Shown here: positions 38,232 through 50,765 of the stretch, one piece after another
Layout: every line of letters starts with the position of its first letter
Position numbering within the stretch: position 1 is the stretch's first letter
From: Gracilinanus agilis
Taxonomy: Eukaryota
Length of the DNA stretch: 64,000 nt
Assembly: GCF_016433145.1 (NCBI RefSeq)
Contig: NC_058134.1
Location: 223,827,583 to 223,891,582, forward strand
Direction of reading: 5' to 3'
Notes under the pieces: generated by a model
Database searches by the model: none
Told to the model about the DNA's origin: nothing
Seen by the model: the letters and a program-made list of their open reading frames with translations, nothing else
Position numbers and translations under genes: made by a program

Positions 38232-39112
38232 GTCTACCCTAACTTCCTCAGATACATCCCACTTCCTTTGTGGGAGGTGTCTGAGAAAGGTATAAGAGAA
38301 GGGAGAGGGAGAGAGAGCCTTGGTCCCGCCATAGCTGTCAGAGATCTCCCTCCTGGCCTCCCTAGACCTTTCTTTCCCTAAACTAAATAAACCCAGCTAT
38401 TCTATAGCCTTAAGTTGTTTCCTGATCTTTATTGAGCTTCGAAGGGCTTGGGCCAATTTCCCCCCTGGGCTTGGGGTTACCCCCTGCTACCTTCCTATTC
38501 CTATTCCCTTTCCCTTCCTTCTCCTCCTACCTACCTCCCTTCTTTCAACTTACAATATCAAAGAAGGAAAACAAACCTAGGTCCTCCTTGATGCCTCAGT
38601 TGAACCTAAGACAGGGAGTATGATCCCCAATTACAGATGAGGAGACTGAGGTTCAAGTGACTTGCTCCTACAGCTGCCAAGGCCCATCCTGGGCTCTCCT
38701 GCTGGTGTTCTTCCTCCCCAGCTACACTGAACTTAACATTCCCACTTATTTGTATGTTTTCTGGACATATTTTGAGATGGACAGCTTGTCTTCCCCCTTA
38801 GACTGTGAGCTCCTTGGGGGCCGGCCCATCTGCTGCAGACTCCTTTTGTACCCGCAGGCTTAGCCCCAGTGCCTGGCACATGGCAAGCACTTAATCAATG
38901 TCTACCAACAGGCAAACTAACCCGGCTCCCTGCTCAGGGAGAGCAGGTGCCACTTTGGTCTTTCTCCCCGCAGGGCATCACACGGGTCTGGCACACAGCA
39001 GGCCCCTCATCCGGGCTTCCACACAGTCTGATGGGGGATTTTTGTCAGGAAGAGTTGAAAGTGAAAGCCCAGGGAAGGGGGGAAGGCAGGAGGAGCAGCG
39101 GGCCCCACTCAC

Positions 39113-39282
39113 CGATCAGGGAGCAGATAGGGTTGCCCTCCGAGATGCTGGAGAGCTGACCCAGGAGATTAGCCTGAATCTCAGGGCTGAGCGCCGGCAG
39201 GCCTCTCTCTGCCAGGGACTTGTTGACTTCCACACACGTCTGGAGGCCTATGGAATTCAAGGCCTCCTTGAGGTTAAATGTC
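39113..39282 (-). CDS. TCP11L2: TCP11L2 coding exon (170 nt; E-TFNLKEALNSIGLQTCVEVNKSLAERGLPALSPEIQANLLGQLSSISEGNPICSLI-D)
   Basis: Homologous to the penultimate TCP11L2 exon; one codon shorter than the human sequence I recall; AG and GTGAGT boundaries. Confidence 0.96.
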
Positions 39283-39284
39283 CT

Positions 39285-39448
39285 GGGGGGGAAGGGGAGG
39301 ATGGAAGGGGTGAGAGAAAAGGAGAAGGGAGAAAGGAAAGGAGGGGAGAGGGGGCACCGAGAGGGAGAGGAGATGGAAGGTGTGAAAGAAAAAAAGAGGA
39401 GAGGATGGGAAAGGGGAGGAAGGGCAAGAAAGGAGGAAAGAGGGAAAG
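39285..39448. repeat. Purine-rich low-complexity tract (polypyrimidine on the transcribed strand)
   Basis: Read directly from the sequence. Confidence 0.9.
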
Positions 39449-41139
39449 CATTAGGTTCACATATTATAATTTATCAATTTTCTTTTTAAATTCCTCTTTG
39501 CTTCTTTCTCCATAGTTCCCATATCACTGACTGCTCTGGGATGTGTCCATCGGGCTGTACAAACATTGGATGAGATTTGCACCTTTCTCTTCCAAAATGG
39601 CACTTGCTTTTCAAGTTTGCTGCTTCTAAGACCACAGATTCAGATAGCAGGCTGCTTACAGGCCATCAATTCTCCCCTCCTCAGTGACACACTAGGATCC
39701 TGAGTCTCACTGAGCTCATGTGACTTACCCTGAGTCACACAGTCAAAGGTAGGACTTGAACTCAGAGTATTGCTGACCCCCAAGCCCAGGCCTCCTCCCC
39801 TCCTTCTTTGATTTCTTCAGCACAAAGTGAGAAATCTCCTCCTCCAAACTCAGACCGACACCCTGGGAACCTAGTAGTGATGTGACTTGCTCAGGGCCAT
39901 ACAAACAGCACAATTAATCATCTCAATAGCTAACACTTATAATGCTTTAAGGTTTGTGAAGCATTTTATGTAGGTTATCTTAATTGATCCCCAAAACAAA
40001 CTTGTGTGGTTGAAGGCTGTAAATGTCCCCATTTTATAGATCAGGGAACAGAGGTGCACAGAGGTTAAGTGACTTGCCCAGGGACACACAGCTCTAAGGA
40101 TCTAAAATCGAGTCTTCCTCATTTTCCAAGTTGGTCTTGTACACTGCCTGGATGTCTCTAGGTGAGACTTTGAACCTAGATCTTCAGGCAAGGCTCCATA
40201 TTCACTAGGTCCCACTGCCTCTTGGGAAGAATCTAATTGTAGTTCAGTCTTTTCTTTTCCTGATTCTTAAAAAACAACAACAACAAAAAACAACCTTAAC
40301 TTCCATCTTAGAATCAATCTTAGAGTGTATTTATATATCAATTATATCAATATATAAAGAATGGAGGTCCTAAGTCTAAGTGTGGCCTGAGACACTAGCT
40401 GGGCAGGTCACTTAATGCCCATTGCCTACCCCTGACCACTCTTCTGCCTAAGAACCAATAAAGAGAATCAATTCTAAGAACGGTAAGAGTTTAAGAACAA
40501 ACAAACGAACAAAAAAGTAAACAAATATTTGCTGTTATCTGTCCTGGGGGAGACCCAGGAGCCTGACAGGGCCCTTGAGGCCCCCCCTAGATGTCTAAGC
40601 TGGGAAGGGCTCTCTCCCCTGGCTCAGACTGGCCTGGCAGCCAGAAGTGCTTACTAAGCCCCTCCTAGACACTCTCTGGGACCCAGGGATACAAAGGATG
40701 AAGCTCCCTACTCAAAAGACACTTAGCTTCTCCTGGGGCAGTGGAGGGAGGGAGTGGGGGTGCAGGGCAAAGATGGGGGATGCCTGACTACACCAGGGGA
40801 AGCCTGGGTCACAGCGGCTTCCCATAATCTGAGTTTTGCAGCTGGGGGTGTTTTGTTTTGTTTGGCACTGTTCAGAGAGCATGAGTCAAAGATGACATCT
40901 AACATCTTCATTCTAAGTGGAAACAGGACACCTCTTTTGACACGCGTCATGGAAAATCTCTCTCCCTGCCCTAGCCAAAAATGCCGAAGCCGCTAGTGAG
41001 ATTCAAAGGCACTAGAGGAAAAAAACCACCACCAGGTAAGATGCTCCAAATCACAGTCATAAAAATCCTGCTCAAGAGTCTCAGATTGCTCCAAACCTGG
41101 AGCAATTTTTTCAAATTCATGAAGAATGAAAGGAAAAAG

Positions 41140-41335
41140 GGGTGAATAGGTGGCTCAATGGATAGAGGGCCAGGTTTGGAGTCATGATTCAAACCTGGCC
41201 TCAGACACTTCCTAGCTGTATGACCCTGGGCAAGTCACTTAAACCCCATTGCCTAACCCTTACCGCTCTTCTGCCTTGGAACTGATACTTACTGTTGACT
41301 GTAAGATAGAAGGTAAGGGTTAAAAAGAAAAAAGA
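41140..41335 (+). mobile_element. CORE-SINE (a second partial copy lies at 41596-41710)
   Basis: Matches the SINE consensus. Confidence 0.8.
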
Positions 41336-41364
41336 ATGAACCCATGCTGGCTTCAAGAACTTAC

Positions 41365-41546
41365 TCTTTATTCATTCCTTCGAGCAGGACAGTGGAAATC
41401 CTTTTTAGTCGGTCTGCAAGCTCAGGCAAGCCTTCTATCAAAGCACCCACCATGTTGTTGGTGATTAGTGACAGGCAGGCGATAACCTTCAACTGATTTA
41501 GTCTTTCTGTCAGTTCCTGAAGACGTGTTCCATCTGTCATTAGTGT
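41365..41546 (-). CDS. TCP11L2: TCP11L2 coding exon (182 nt; TLMTDGTRLQELTERLNQLKVIACLSLITNNMVGALIEGLPELADRLKRISTVLLEGMNK-E)
   Basis: ORF track 41361..41591; AG and GTAAGT boundaries. Confidence 0.97.
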
Positions 41547-41979
41547 CTGATCAATAAAGATAAAACAAAAATCATTAAAAACAACAACCATTTTCCTAGC
41601 TGGGTGACCCTGGGCAAGTCACTTAACCCCTACTGCCCTCCCTTTACTGCTCTTCTGCCTTGGAACCGATACCAGGTATTGACTCTAAGACAGAAGGCAA
41701 GAGTTTAAAACAACGACAACTAAACCACTGCCCCCACGAGACAGCATCCAATCTAATTCCCTCATTTTGGAGATGAGGAAACTAAGACTCAAGGAGGCAG
41801 AGACTTGCTCAAGGCAGTATAGTATAATAATCAGGGCTGGATTTTACCATCTGTAAAATGTTATTAGAATATTTCTAGGATCTAGGGTGTTTCAAAGTTT
41901 AATTGAAATACTTGCTGTAAAGTACTCTGGTGACTCTACAGAAAAGACAGCTAGTACTTGAAAAAACAAAATAAAACAA

Positions 41980-42168
41980 ACAAAAAAACACCTTTCTCTT
42001 CTCTCTTAGAATTAGTATCCTGTATGGGCTCCAAGGCAGAAGAGCAGTCAGGGCTAGGCAATGGGAGTCAAGTGACTTGTTCAGGCTTACACAGTTAGGA
42101 AGTGTCTGAAGTCACATTTGAACCCAGGACCTCCTGACTCTCAATCCACTCAGCCCCCTAGCTGCCCC
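41980..42168 (-). mobile_element. CORE-SINE
   Basis: Reverse-complement SINE ending ccactcagccccctagctgcccc. Confidence 0.8.
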
Positions 42169-43883
42169 TAAGTCAGCTAGTACTGTTGGAGGATGCAGCT
42201 ATTTTCTCCCTTCCCACTCTGCCCTGGGACCCTGTTTGGTGAGCGCTGGGGAGCCAAGCTTCCCAGCCTCTTCTTTCCAGACAACTTGCTCCTGGACAGC
42301 CTTCCCCTCCACGTCTGTGCCCTCATTTCCTATTCTGGATCGGCAATCATATCAACATTGCCCTTGCATGCCGATCTGCCCCTAAGACGCCCCTCATCAT
42401 CTCTGCAGCTTATGTCTGAGTGAGTGCACTCTCCCTCTAGAGAATGCCGGCTCCTCCAGGGCCTTGGAGCCTTGGGGTCTGTCACAGACAGGGCCAGCAT
42501 GTTGTTGTTCAGTGTGTCCCACTCCGTGGGATCCTATTTAGGAAGGAGTCTTTCTGACCTCAGGCCCAGCCCTCCCTCCATTGAGGAAGAGCTTGTCTCT
42601 GCCTTCACTTGTTCATGACTGTTACTGTACCAAGTGGAAGAGACAGGATTTGAATCCAGTTCCTGCTAGCAATGTTGCTTCCTAGCATTTCCATGATGAA
42701 AAGGAGTAGGAAGAAGAGCAGCCTATGAGGACAGGACCTGCCTTTTACCCCTCGCTGAATCCTCAGAACTTGGCTGAGCCGTTGGCCCATAGGAGGACAG
42801 AATCCACGCTTGCTCAATACAGTGATCCAGGACCCTTCTGAAGGCCTGGCACCAAGAATGCTCTCCTCCTCCACAGGAAGTGGGATGCAGATCAAAGCAG
42901 ACCATCTTCCTCGTCATTTATTTACAGTTTTACTCTGGGGCTTTGGTTTTATAGGCGTATTCTCTTACAAAGATGACCAACATAGTCATTTTTTTTTTAA
43001 ATAAAAGGTTTTTATTGACTATATATTAGATCAGGTGGAATTTGTCTCATTTGTTTCACCATTTTTCCATTCATAAATAAAAAATGAATAGTGTTCATAA
43101 AATCTGATCTTTCACCAAGGCCTATTCTGCCAGTTCACTGAGAAAGTGTTTTGGTTTCTTCCATAATAGGAATAAATGACCAATATGGAAGGACTCGTGT
43201 TTTGCCTGCTAATACATGTGTAAACCCCCGTCCCCCAAATAAAGAATTTTGAAACTTAAATAAAAAAATAAATGCTTGCTGACTTGCTGAAAGAAGACTA
43301 CACATGCATCTTATTTGTTTCAGCAACTCTGAGGTAAGTCATTTAAGAATTCTTTAATTTCTTTTACAGATGTAAAAAATGAGGCTAAGTTTAGAGGAAG
43401 TGACTAGCCGAGGGTCAAACAATCAAGGGATCCACAAGCCTTTATTAAGGCTCAACCCATATGCTTGCCAAGGAAATGTGCCCATTGAATATAAAGGAAA
43501 AAAATGAAACAGTCCAACCCATGCTAAGTGCTCCTCGCAATAGGATCTGACTTTAGAGGCACTGTGGCCTAGTGGGGAGAGCACGGGGTTTGGGGTCATC
43601 ACCAAAGTCACTGGCTCTATGACTGGGGGGAAGGCCCTTACTCAAAGCATGGATGTGGTTCTTCCTGTGGTCAGTGGGAGTCTCAAGGGGAAAGCGCATT
43701 ACACATAAACATCAGCTGCTCCTTTGATCATCTCAGTGTCACACTTAGTCATACAAGTTAGCAAGTGTCAAAGGCCAGATTTGAACCCTCAGTGGTATCA
43801 ATGGAACACAGGTTAATGCACAAGAGGAGCAAATTCCCAGGAGCTGGAGGAGCCCGTGCAGGACACCCCAGGGAGGCGCTTAC

Positions 43884-44071
43884 CTCGGGGAATTCCCTTT
43901 TCCGATAATCCCATTGCAGCAGCTTCAAGTAACTGTTGTTCAGCACCACGGTTGGGCTCAGGCTGGGTCTGGAGCTACTCTCAGCCCCTGGTGAGGAAGC
44001 ATTTTCCGAAAGAGAAAATAATTCTTCATTGACGGATTCCTTTATCCATTCCTTTGTGACATCCAGAGCAC
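43884..44071 (-). CDS. TCP11L2: TCP11L2 coding exon (188 nt; S-ALDVTKEWIKESVNEELFSLSENASSPGAESSSRPSLSPTVVLNNSYLKLLQWDYRKREFPE)
   Basis: ORF track 43758..44126; AG and GTAAGC boundaries. Confidence 0.97.
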
Positions 44072-45299
44072 CTGGAAGGGAATGGTCACAGAACGTAGGT
44101 ACGGTGTTCTGAGCATCGGAAAGCATCAGAGAGATGTTGGGTTTATGATTATCCTACCAAAAGTGCCTTCCAGAAGCTGGCACAGAGAGGAGGCAGGGCA
44201 AAGAGTGCCCCAGCTAGGGTTCAGAGGATCTGGGTTCAAATTCTGGCTCTGCCACTTAAAATTTTAGACTTCTGTGCCTCAGTTTCATCATCTGTAAAGT
44301 GTGGGGGATTGGGCTAACAGGCCTCTGAGGTCCCTTTCAGCTCTCGATCTGGGTACCAAGACTGAATTTCTCCCTCACCAGTGTAGTATGCAGTGACCCT
44401 GGGCAAGTCTTTTAACCTCCGTGGGATTCATATCCTTGGCTGTAAAATGATGAGTTTAGAGGAGACGGCCAGGAAGTCCTCTTCCAGCTATAACGCTAAC
44501 CTGTATGAGAGAAGCCACTGACCAGCTCTTACAAACATCAGCCCAGTGAGCCACTGTCCACTGCACTTCCCGGGCCAGGCACATGAGGCAACTGGGCAAA
44601 CCTTCCCCAACGGCAGACACAAGGTGACCTCTCCTCACTCTTGGCCCTCCGTGCAGTAGGAACATGATAAAAAGGAGCAGGTGCTGACCGGCTCAGAGGT
44701 GGGATGGGGCCTTGGGGGCATCACTTTACACTGAGGAAACAGAGGACAAGAGGAGACTTCCCTGAGCTCCCACACGTAGTCAGGGACAGAGCTGGCAACA
44801 TATGAACTCAGGTCCCTGGAATCCAAATCCAGACAGTGCTATCTGGGAGCAGCTCTGTCTTTCTGCTCTCCCTCCCACTCCCCAGAAGGATCAGACCACT
44901 CGGGGAGGCCTTGTTCTGTGCAGGGAAGGCTGGGAAGGGCAATGGAAGAACACCCAGAAGAGAAGATCAGGGTGGGGAAGGCTTTGAACCCATGTCCTAG
45001 AAGACCCTGCTGAAGGAATCTGGGAAGCACTGAGGCAATGCTGACTAGTATAATGACTTCTATTGGCTTCTTATCAACCTGCTAGCATGAGCTGGCCCTG
45101 CCCTCTCTTTCTTACTCGTTAGACATTACTTCTTCTCCCACACTCCAAGGCTCAGATAAACTGGCCTTCTTTCTCTCTTCCTCCATCTCCAGAGTCCAAG
45201 TCCTTGCACTGACCATCCCTCATGCTTAGGATGCCCTCTCCTCTGACCTCTACCTCACAGAATCCCTGTCTTCCTTCAAGAAACAGCTCAAGCAACACC

Positions 45300-45670
45300 T
45301 TTGTTGTTGCTGCTCAGTCAGGTCAACTCTTCATGACCTCATTTGGGGTTTTCTTAGTAAAGATCCTAGAGTGGTTGGCCATTTCCTTCTCTGGCTCATT
45401 TGGCAGATGAGGAAACTGAAGCAAAGAGGGTTAGGTGACTTGCCCAAGGTCACATAGCTAGTTTGCTATTTCCTTCTCCGGCTCATTTTTACAGATGAGA
45501 AAACTGAGGCAAAGAGGGTTAGGGTTAGGTGACTTGCCCAGGTCAGTGTCTAGTAAGTGTCTGGGGTTGGATTTGAATTTAGGAAGCTAGTAAGTGTCTG
45601 GGGTTGGATTTGAATTTAGGAAGCTGAGTCTTCCTGATTGCAAGCTCCATGCTCTATCCACTGTGCCACC
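45300..45670 (-). mobile_element. MAR1/MIR-type SINE with internal tandem duplications
   Basis: Repeated ccatttccttctc...cagatgaggaaactga...ggtgacttgccca units; exact 37-bp tandem at 45551-45624. Confidence 0.75.
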
Positions 45671-48039
45671 TGAAACCTTTCTTGAACTCCCCCATCACCA
45701 ACTCCTCTCCTCCCAAACTCCCTTGTCTTGATCTTCTCTTTATTCTGCTTGGAATGCTTCTGTCTCCACTTAGATCTGCACAGGTCATCTCCCCTATGGA
45801 ACGAAAGCATGAAAGCTTCTCGAGTCAGCATTGTTTCTTTCTTTATCTTTCTATCGCCTGAGTCTAGTACAGTGACAACAGATTGTCAGTGCTTAAAAAC
45901 TCCTGGATGAGTGAATGGTTAAACTGTTTCTCCCCAGGCACTTGTTGGAAGCATGTTACAAAGTGTTGCATTCATTATTAGACAGAGAAGAGGTTAGTCT
46001 TTGACCTTAAGGCAAGGATTCAGAGTTAAAGGCCTTCAGAGGCCATTGAGCTCATTCCCTTCATTTCATTATGATGTCCAGTGACCCAAGGTCCCACAGA
46101 GAGGAAGCGGCTGGGTCCCAATCCATTGCCCTGTCACCAGCAGCTTTCCCTTGTCCCCTTCCCCAAGCCCCTTAGTGCTAAAGCTCTATTACACACTTAG
46201 CCAAAAGCTGAGAGGAGCCCCTGGCCAAGAATGGGGGGAAGGGCCGCTGTTTTATCACCACATGGTGTACCCTTCCTAAAATTAGTATTTGCCAAACATA
46301 GCCCAACTCTAAGGAGGTGCAGAAATATTTTCCATTCATTGTAACTGATAAGACCAGCACGTAAGCCTCTGTAAATGAGCCCAGGAGGGCTGCTCCTCAG
46401 CAGGGATTTGCTCTAGGTGATCAGAAAAGGGGCCATCACTATAAATAATGATAAAGAAAACCTACACTAGAACTGAGGCAAGGGAGTACAATGGAAAGAG
46501 CATGACCAGCTGGGTTCTAACCCCATCTCCTCTAGTGATCAGCTGTGTGACTTGGGCAAAATAATTTTCCTGTTCTGTTTTATCAGTTATAAAGTGAGAA
46601 GATTGGGTCCCAAGATGATCCCATGATGCAATTCTGCTTTACTGAAAAGAGCCAAAGCATGTCTTGATCTACAGAAACTGACCTGGACAAACCTTCACTG
46701 GCTCCTCCCAAATATACTAAGAAAGGGCAGAGTCAAGATGGTAGAGTGAGAAGAAGCATTTCTGCCTAACTCCCCCAGCACACCACCTCCACAACAACCT
46801 AGAAGACATACCATCTTGATAACAGAAGTCCAAAACATGACAGGAGAAAATTACTCCTTAAAAATGAGAACTGTCCAAGTAGAAGCTAATGACTCCAGGA
46901 GACATTAAAAAATAAAAATTAAAAATAAAAATAAATAAAAATTAAAAAGCCAATTTCAATTAGAAGGTCAGAGATTAGACTCTCCTTAAGTGTCCATGAT
47001 GGGATTTGAACCCAGAGCCTCCTGACACCAAGTCTAACAATCTATCTACTGTGCTACAATGGCATGGCTTACTTAGTTCTGGTCATCCACAAGCCAAAGA
47101 ACAATGGTCTGAAACATGCTAGACAATTTTATATTCTGTTTGGTACCATCTAGTATCTCTGAGGCCTGTGCCAGTGTGCATGATGGGGACTCCAAAGGCA
47201 CCTTTTGAAAATGCCTTACTTTGGGTTTGAAGGGCCACTAGAGAGATGGTACAGTTCCAGAAAGATTCCAACACAGGACAAAGAGCACCATGCTTCAGCT
47301 GCCACTCAAGTAAGCCTAAGAGGGTAGAATGTAGGGCAGGCCCTGGGAAGAGATTCCTCCTTTGAATTTCATCATGTGTTATTAGTATTACTGAAGATTG
47401 TGCTTTATGCTCCATTCCCGGGTTCTGACATTTGAAATATGATCTCATCAAATGTGATGACAGTGTACACTTTCATTCTATCTCGACTTAAAGATACATT
47501 TTTCCCCTAAAAAAAAAAAAGTTGATTTATAAGAATACCTTTGGAAAGAAACCATGCAAAGAGAAAGTAGATCCCAATGTGAAAGAGGAAAAAGAGATGG
47601 GAAGGAGAAAAGACAGAAGGGAAGAAGATGGAGAAGTAAGAGAAGATGAAGGGAGAGGAGGAGAAATGAAAGAGGGGAAGGTGAGAGTAAATCAATAAAC
47701 ATATTAATCACCTGTTCCAAGCACTGAGGTTACTAATATGAAAAAGATAGTCCTTATCCTCATGGAGTTTATAATCTAAGGAGGAAGAGAAGACAAAAAG
47801 GAAGCAGAGAGGGTGGGGGAGGAAAGCAAAGGAAGGAAAGAAGGGGATGAATTGAGAAAGAAAAAGGGGGTGGTGGTAACTATTGTGGCACAGTGTATAT
47901 AGAACCAGGCCTGCAGTCAGTAAGACCTGAGAGTTCAAATCTGTCTTCAGACTCTTTCTAGCTTCACTCATTTGCTTAGCCCTTGCCTTCAGTCTTAAGA
48001 GTTGTTACTAAAAAAGAAAGTGTTTTAAAAAATAAAGAG

Positions 48040-48185
48040 GGTAGAGACCGGAGGTCCTAGGTTCAAATCCTGCCTCAGACACTTCCCAGTCACTTCCCCA
48101 TTGCCCACCCTTACCACTCTTCCACCTAGGAGCCAATACACAGAAGTTAAGGGCTTTAAAACAAACAAACAAATAAATAAATAAA
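48040..48185 (+). mobile_element. 5'-truncated SINE1_Mdo-type element
   Basis: gtagagaccggaggtcctaggttcaaatcc...ggagccaatacacagaagttaaggg. Confidence 0.8.
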
Positions 48186-49513
48186 TGAAAATAAAGAGGA
48201 ATGGAGAGAGAAGAAAAGGAAGCAGAAGGAAAGAGAAAAAAAGAGGAGAGAACGAGGGAGGAAGTCAACGGACTAAAAGAGAGAGAAGGAAGGAGAGGAA
48301 GTTGAGAAGAAAGAGAAAAGTAAAAAAAATTAAAAATAAAGAGAAAAGTGTTATCCTCCTAAATAAACAAAAACAAAAACAAAAAACCCTAGCACTGAAG
48401 AATTTTGTATTTACTTCTATATTTAGCAACTGGGTGGGGTGAAGAAGGGCGTGCCGTTTCCAGTCTTTAGCAGCTTTTCAGTAAATAAGAGGCACATCCT
48501 TTCATACATTTTCTATTTCCTCCTATGCGGAAGCTCTTTGAGAGAAGGGACAACTTCACGGGGTCTTCCTATCCCTGCCAGGGCTTAGCACAGAAGCAGC
48601 ACAGAGTGGGGGTGAGGAAAGGTGGGCAGGAAGAGAAGCTGGGGAGGAGAGAGGCTGATACAGAAAAATGAAGCTCTTCCGGGAGGAAGCATCAACTACA
48701 GCCACTCCTGGGATTGCTGAGAACAGAATTCATGCCTGTGAGAGATGCAGAAGTTCTGGCTGGAAAAGGTCCGTCTTTAGAACAGAATGCAGGCCACAGG
48801 CAGGGAGGGAGGAGAGAAGAGCAGGGAAGAGAAGGGAGGGGAGTGGGGGAGGGGAGAAAGAAAGGGGGATAAGCCCCGCCCTCAGGCTGGCAGAAGAGCC
48901 TGAAACTGACAGATAGAAACTACCTGAAACTGACAGGCTGCCCTCAGGACAAAAAACACACACTCGGCAGCACTCTTCCTTTGTTTGTTCCTACTGAAAT
49001 CTCGCTCCCCAGCTTGAAGTACATATAGACCACAGTCAAGTGGATTAACTACAATGTTTCCCCTGAATCATAATGAGGACTACTTTCTAGATAAAAAGTA
49101 ACCATTTCCAAAGAGCTCCATTCCACCCCCCACCTCTCTCTTTAGTGGTCAGGAAATTTCAGAGTTGCAGGGACCAAAAGGGCCAGTTGGTAGATCAAGC
49201 ATCCCACCGGGATGAGGTGGATGGGGAGGGGAGAGGGCCTCCATTCTATAGCCTTGGAGGGGTGGGGCCCATCGAGATGCCTTCTTATATTTGCACTCTC
49301 AGCCCTTAGCACAGAGCCAGGCACAAAGTAAACACTTGATAAATAATTTTCATTCATTCCTTCACCACTAATCTTGGGTCTTAACTTCTAGAGTTTCTTA
49401 TGAAAAAAAAAAATCAGACTGTTTCTTCTAATGCAGTTCTGAAGACATTTCTATTTTAGTGGTATTTATATGGTGTCGATTGCAGGGTTATTGGTTATAA
49501 AAAACAAACTTGG

Positions 49514-50765
49514 AGGGGCAGCTGGGTGGCTCAGTGGAGAGAGAGCCAGGCCTGGAGACAGGAAATCCTGGGTTCAAATCTAAACTCAAGACATCTCCTA
49601 GCTGTGTAACCCTGGGGGGTAAATCACTTAACTCCCATTGCTTAGCTCTAACCACTCTTCTCCCTTAGAACCAATAAATAGTATTGATTCTAAGACAACA
49701 GGTAAAGGTTTAAAAAAAAAACCCAACAGTACTTTATTACTTTATCTCTTTCTCCCTCTCTTCTTCTCTCCTTACCCCTCCCCCTTCTCCTTCTCCTTCT
49801 CTTTCCTGAGAATACTAACCCAAAAGACAGAGCCCTCCCCTTAATTTGTGAGCCATGAGTCTGGTCCAATTCTGGTGCCCAACCCCACCCTTGGAATGGC
49901 ACGATTCTTTGTGCCCACCACAGTTAACCAAACTTTTCGGTCCTCCAGCTAGTTTTTGTTTAAAGGGATAAAAAAGAGACAGTGAAATAAAGGGGGAGAG
50001 GGGCCCTGAAATAGCTCAGTAATTACGGAGCCAAGATAATGCCTGCTTGTGCTTTAAGCGCCTGCATTACAGCTGACAAATTACAGAGAAAGTTTCTTCC
50101 GTTCTCTCACAGGAACAATGAAGCTTACAATGCCAAGGACAAAAGGAAACCCAGCCAGTCCGGCTCAATCCATTTCTCTGGGGGAGCAGCTGAGGCTCAG
50201 AGGGCATTCAGGAGCTTCTAAGCGATCTCCTCCCAGATGCCACCGGCCATCAATCTCATGGTCTCAATTTCTCCATGGAGAGGAGGGTCTCATTGTGGGC
50301 ACCTTCCTCCCCAGTCCTAGCTGGATTAGGAAATGACCTTAAAGTTAAGATTAGAGAATTTCACCCCTTTGGAAGGGACCCCAGAATCCATTCACTCTAA
50401 ATTGTACCCTTCTCGTCCTCACCCCCCAAAGACGTGTTCTCTGAAACACACCTCAAAGAGAGGTTAATCGGTTTCACATTAAAGTCTTCTAAGCAAGAGG
50501 GAACCCATTTCCTTTCAAGAGAGTTCACTGTGTTTTTTTAGACAGCACTAATGTTTAGAAGTCATAGGTCAGGCGGTCAGCTAGGTGGCTTAGTAGATTG
50601 AAAGCCAGGCCTAGAGACAGGAGGTCCTGGGTTCAAATGTGGCCTCAGAGACTTCCTAGCTATGTGTCCCCATTGCCTAGCCCTTACTGCTATTCAGCCT
50701 TGGAACCAATATACATTATTGATTCTAAGACTGAAGGTAAAGATTTTTTTAAAAAAAGAAAGGAA
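49514..50765 (+). mobile_element. Two CORE-SINE copies (about 49514-49720 and 50573-50765)
   Basis: Both match the SINE consensus; the DNA between them is non-repetitive. Confidence 0.8.

Noticed and set aside
38898-39515. 205-aa plus-strand ORF
   Set aside because: Antisense shadow of a TCP11L2 exon plus a stop-free purine tract.
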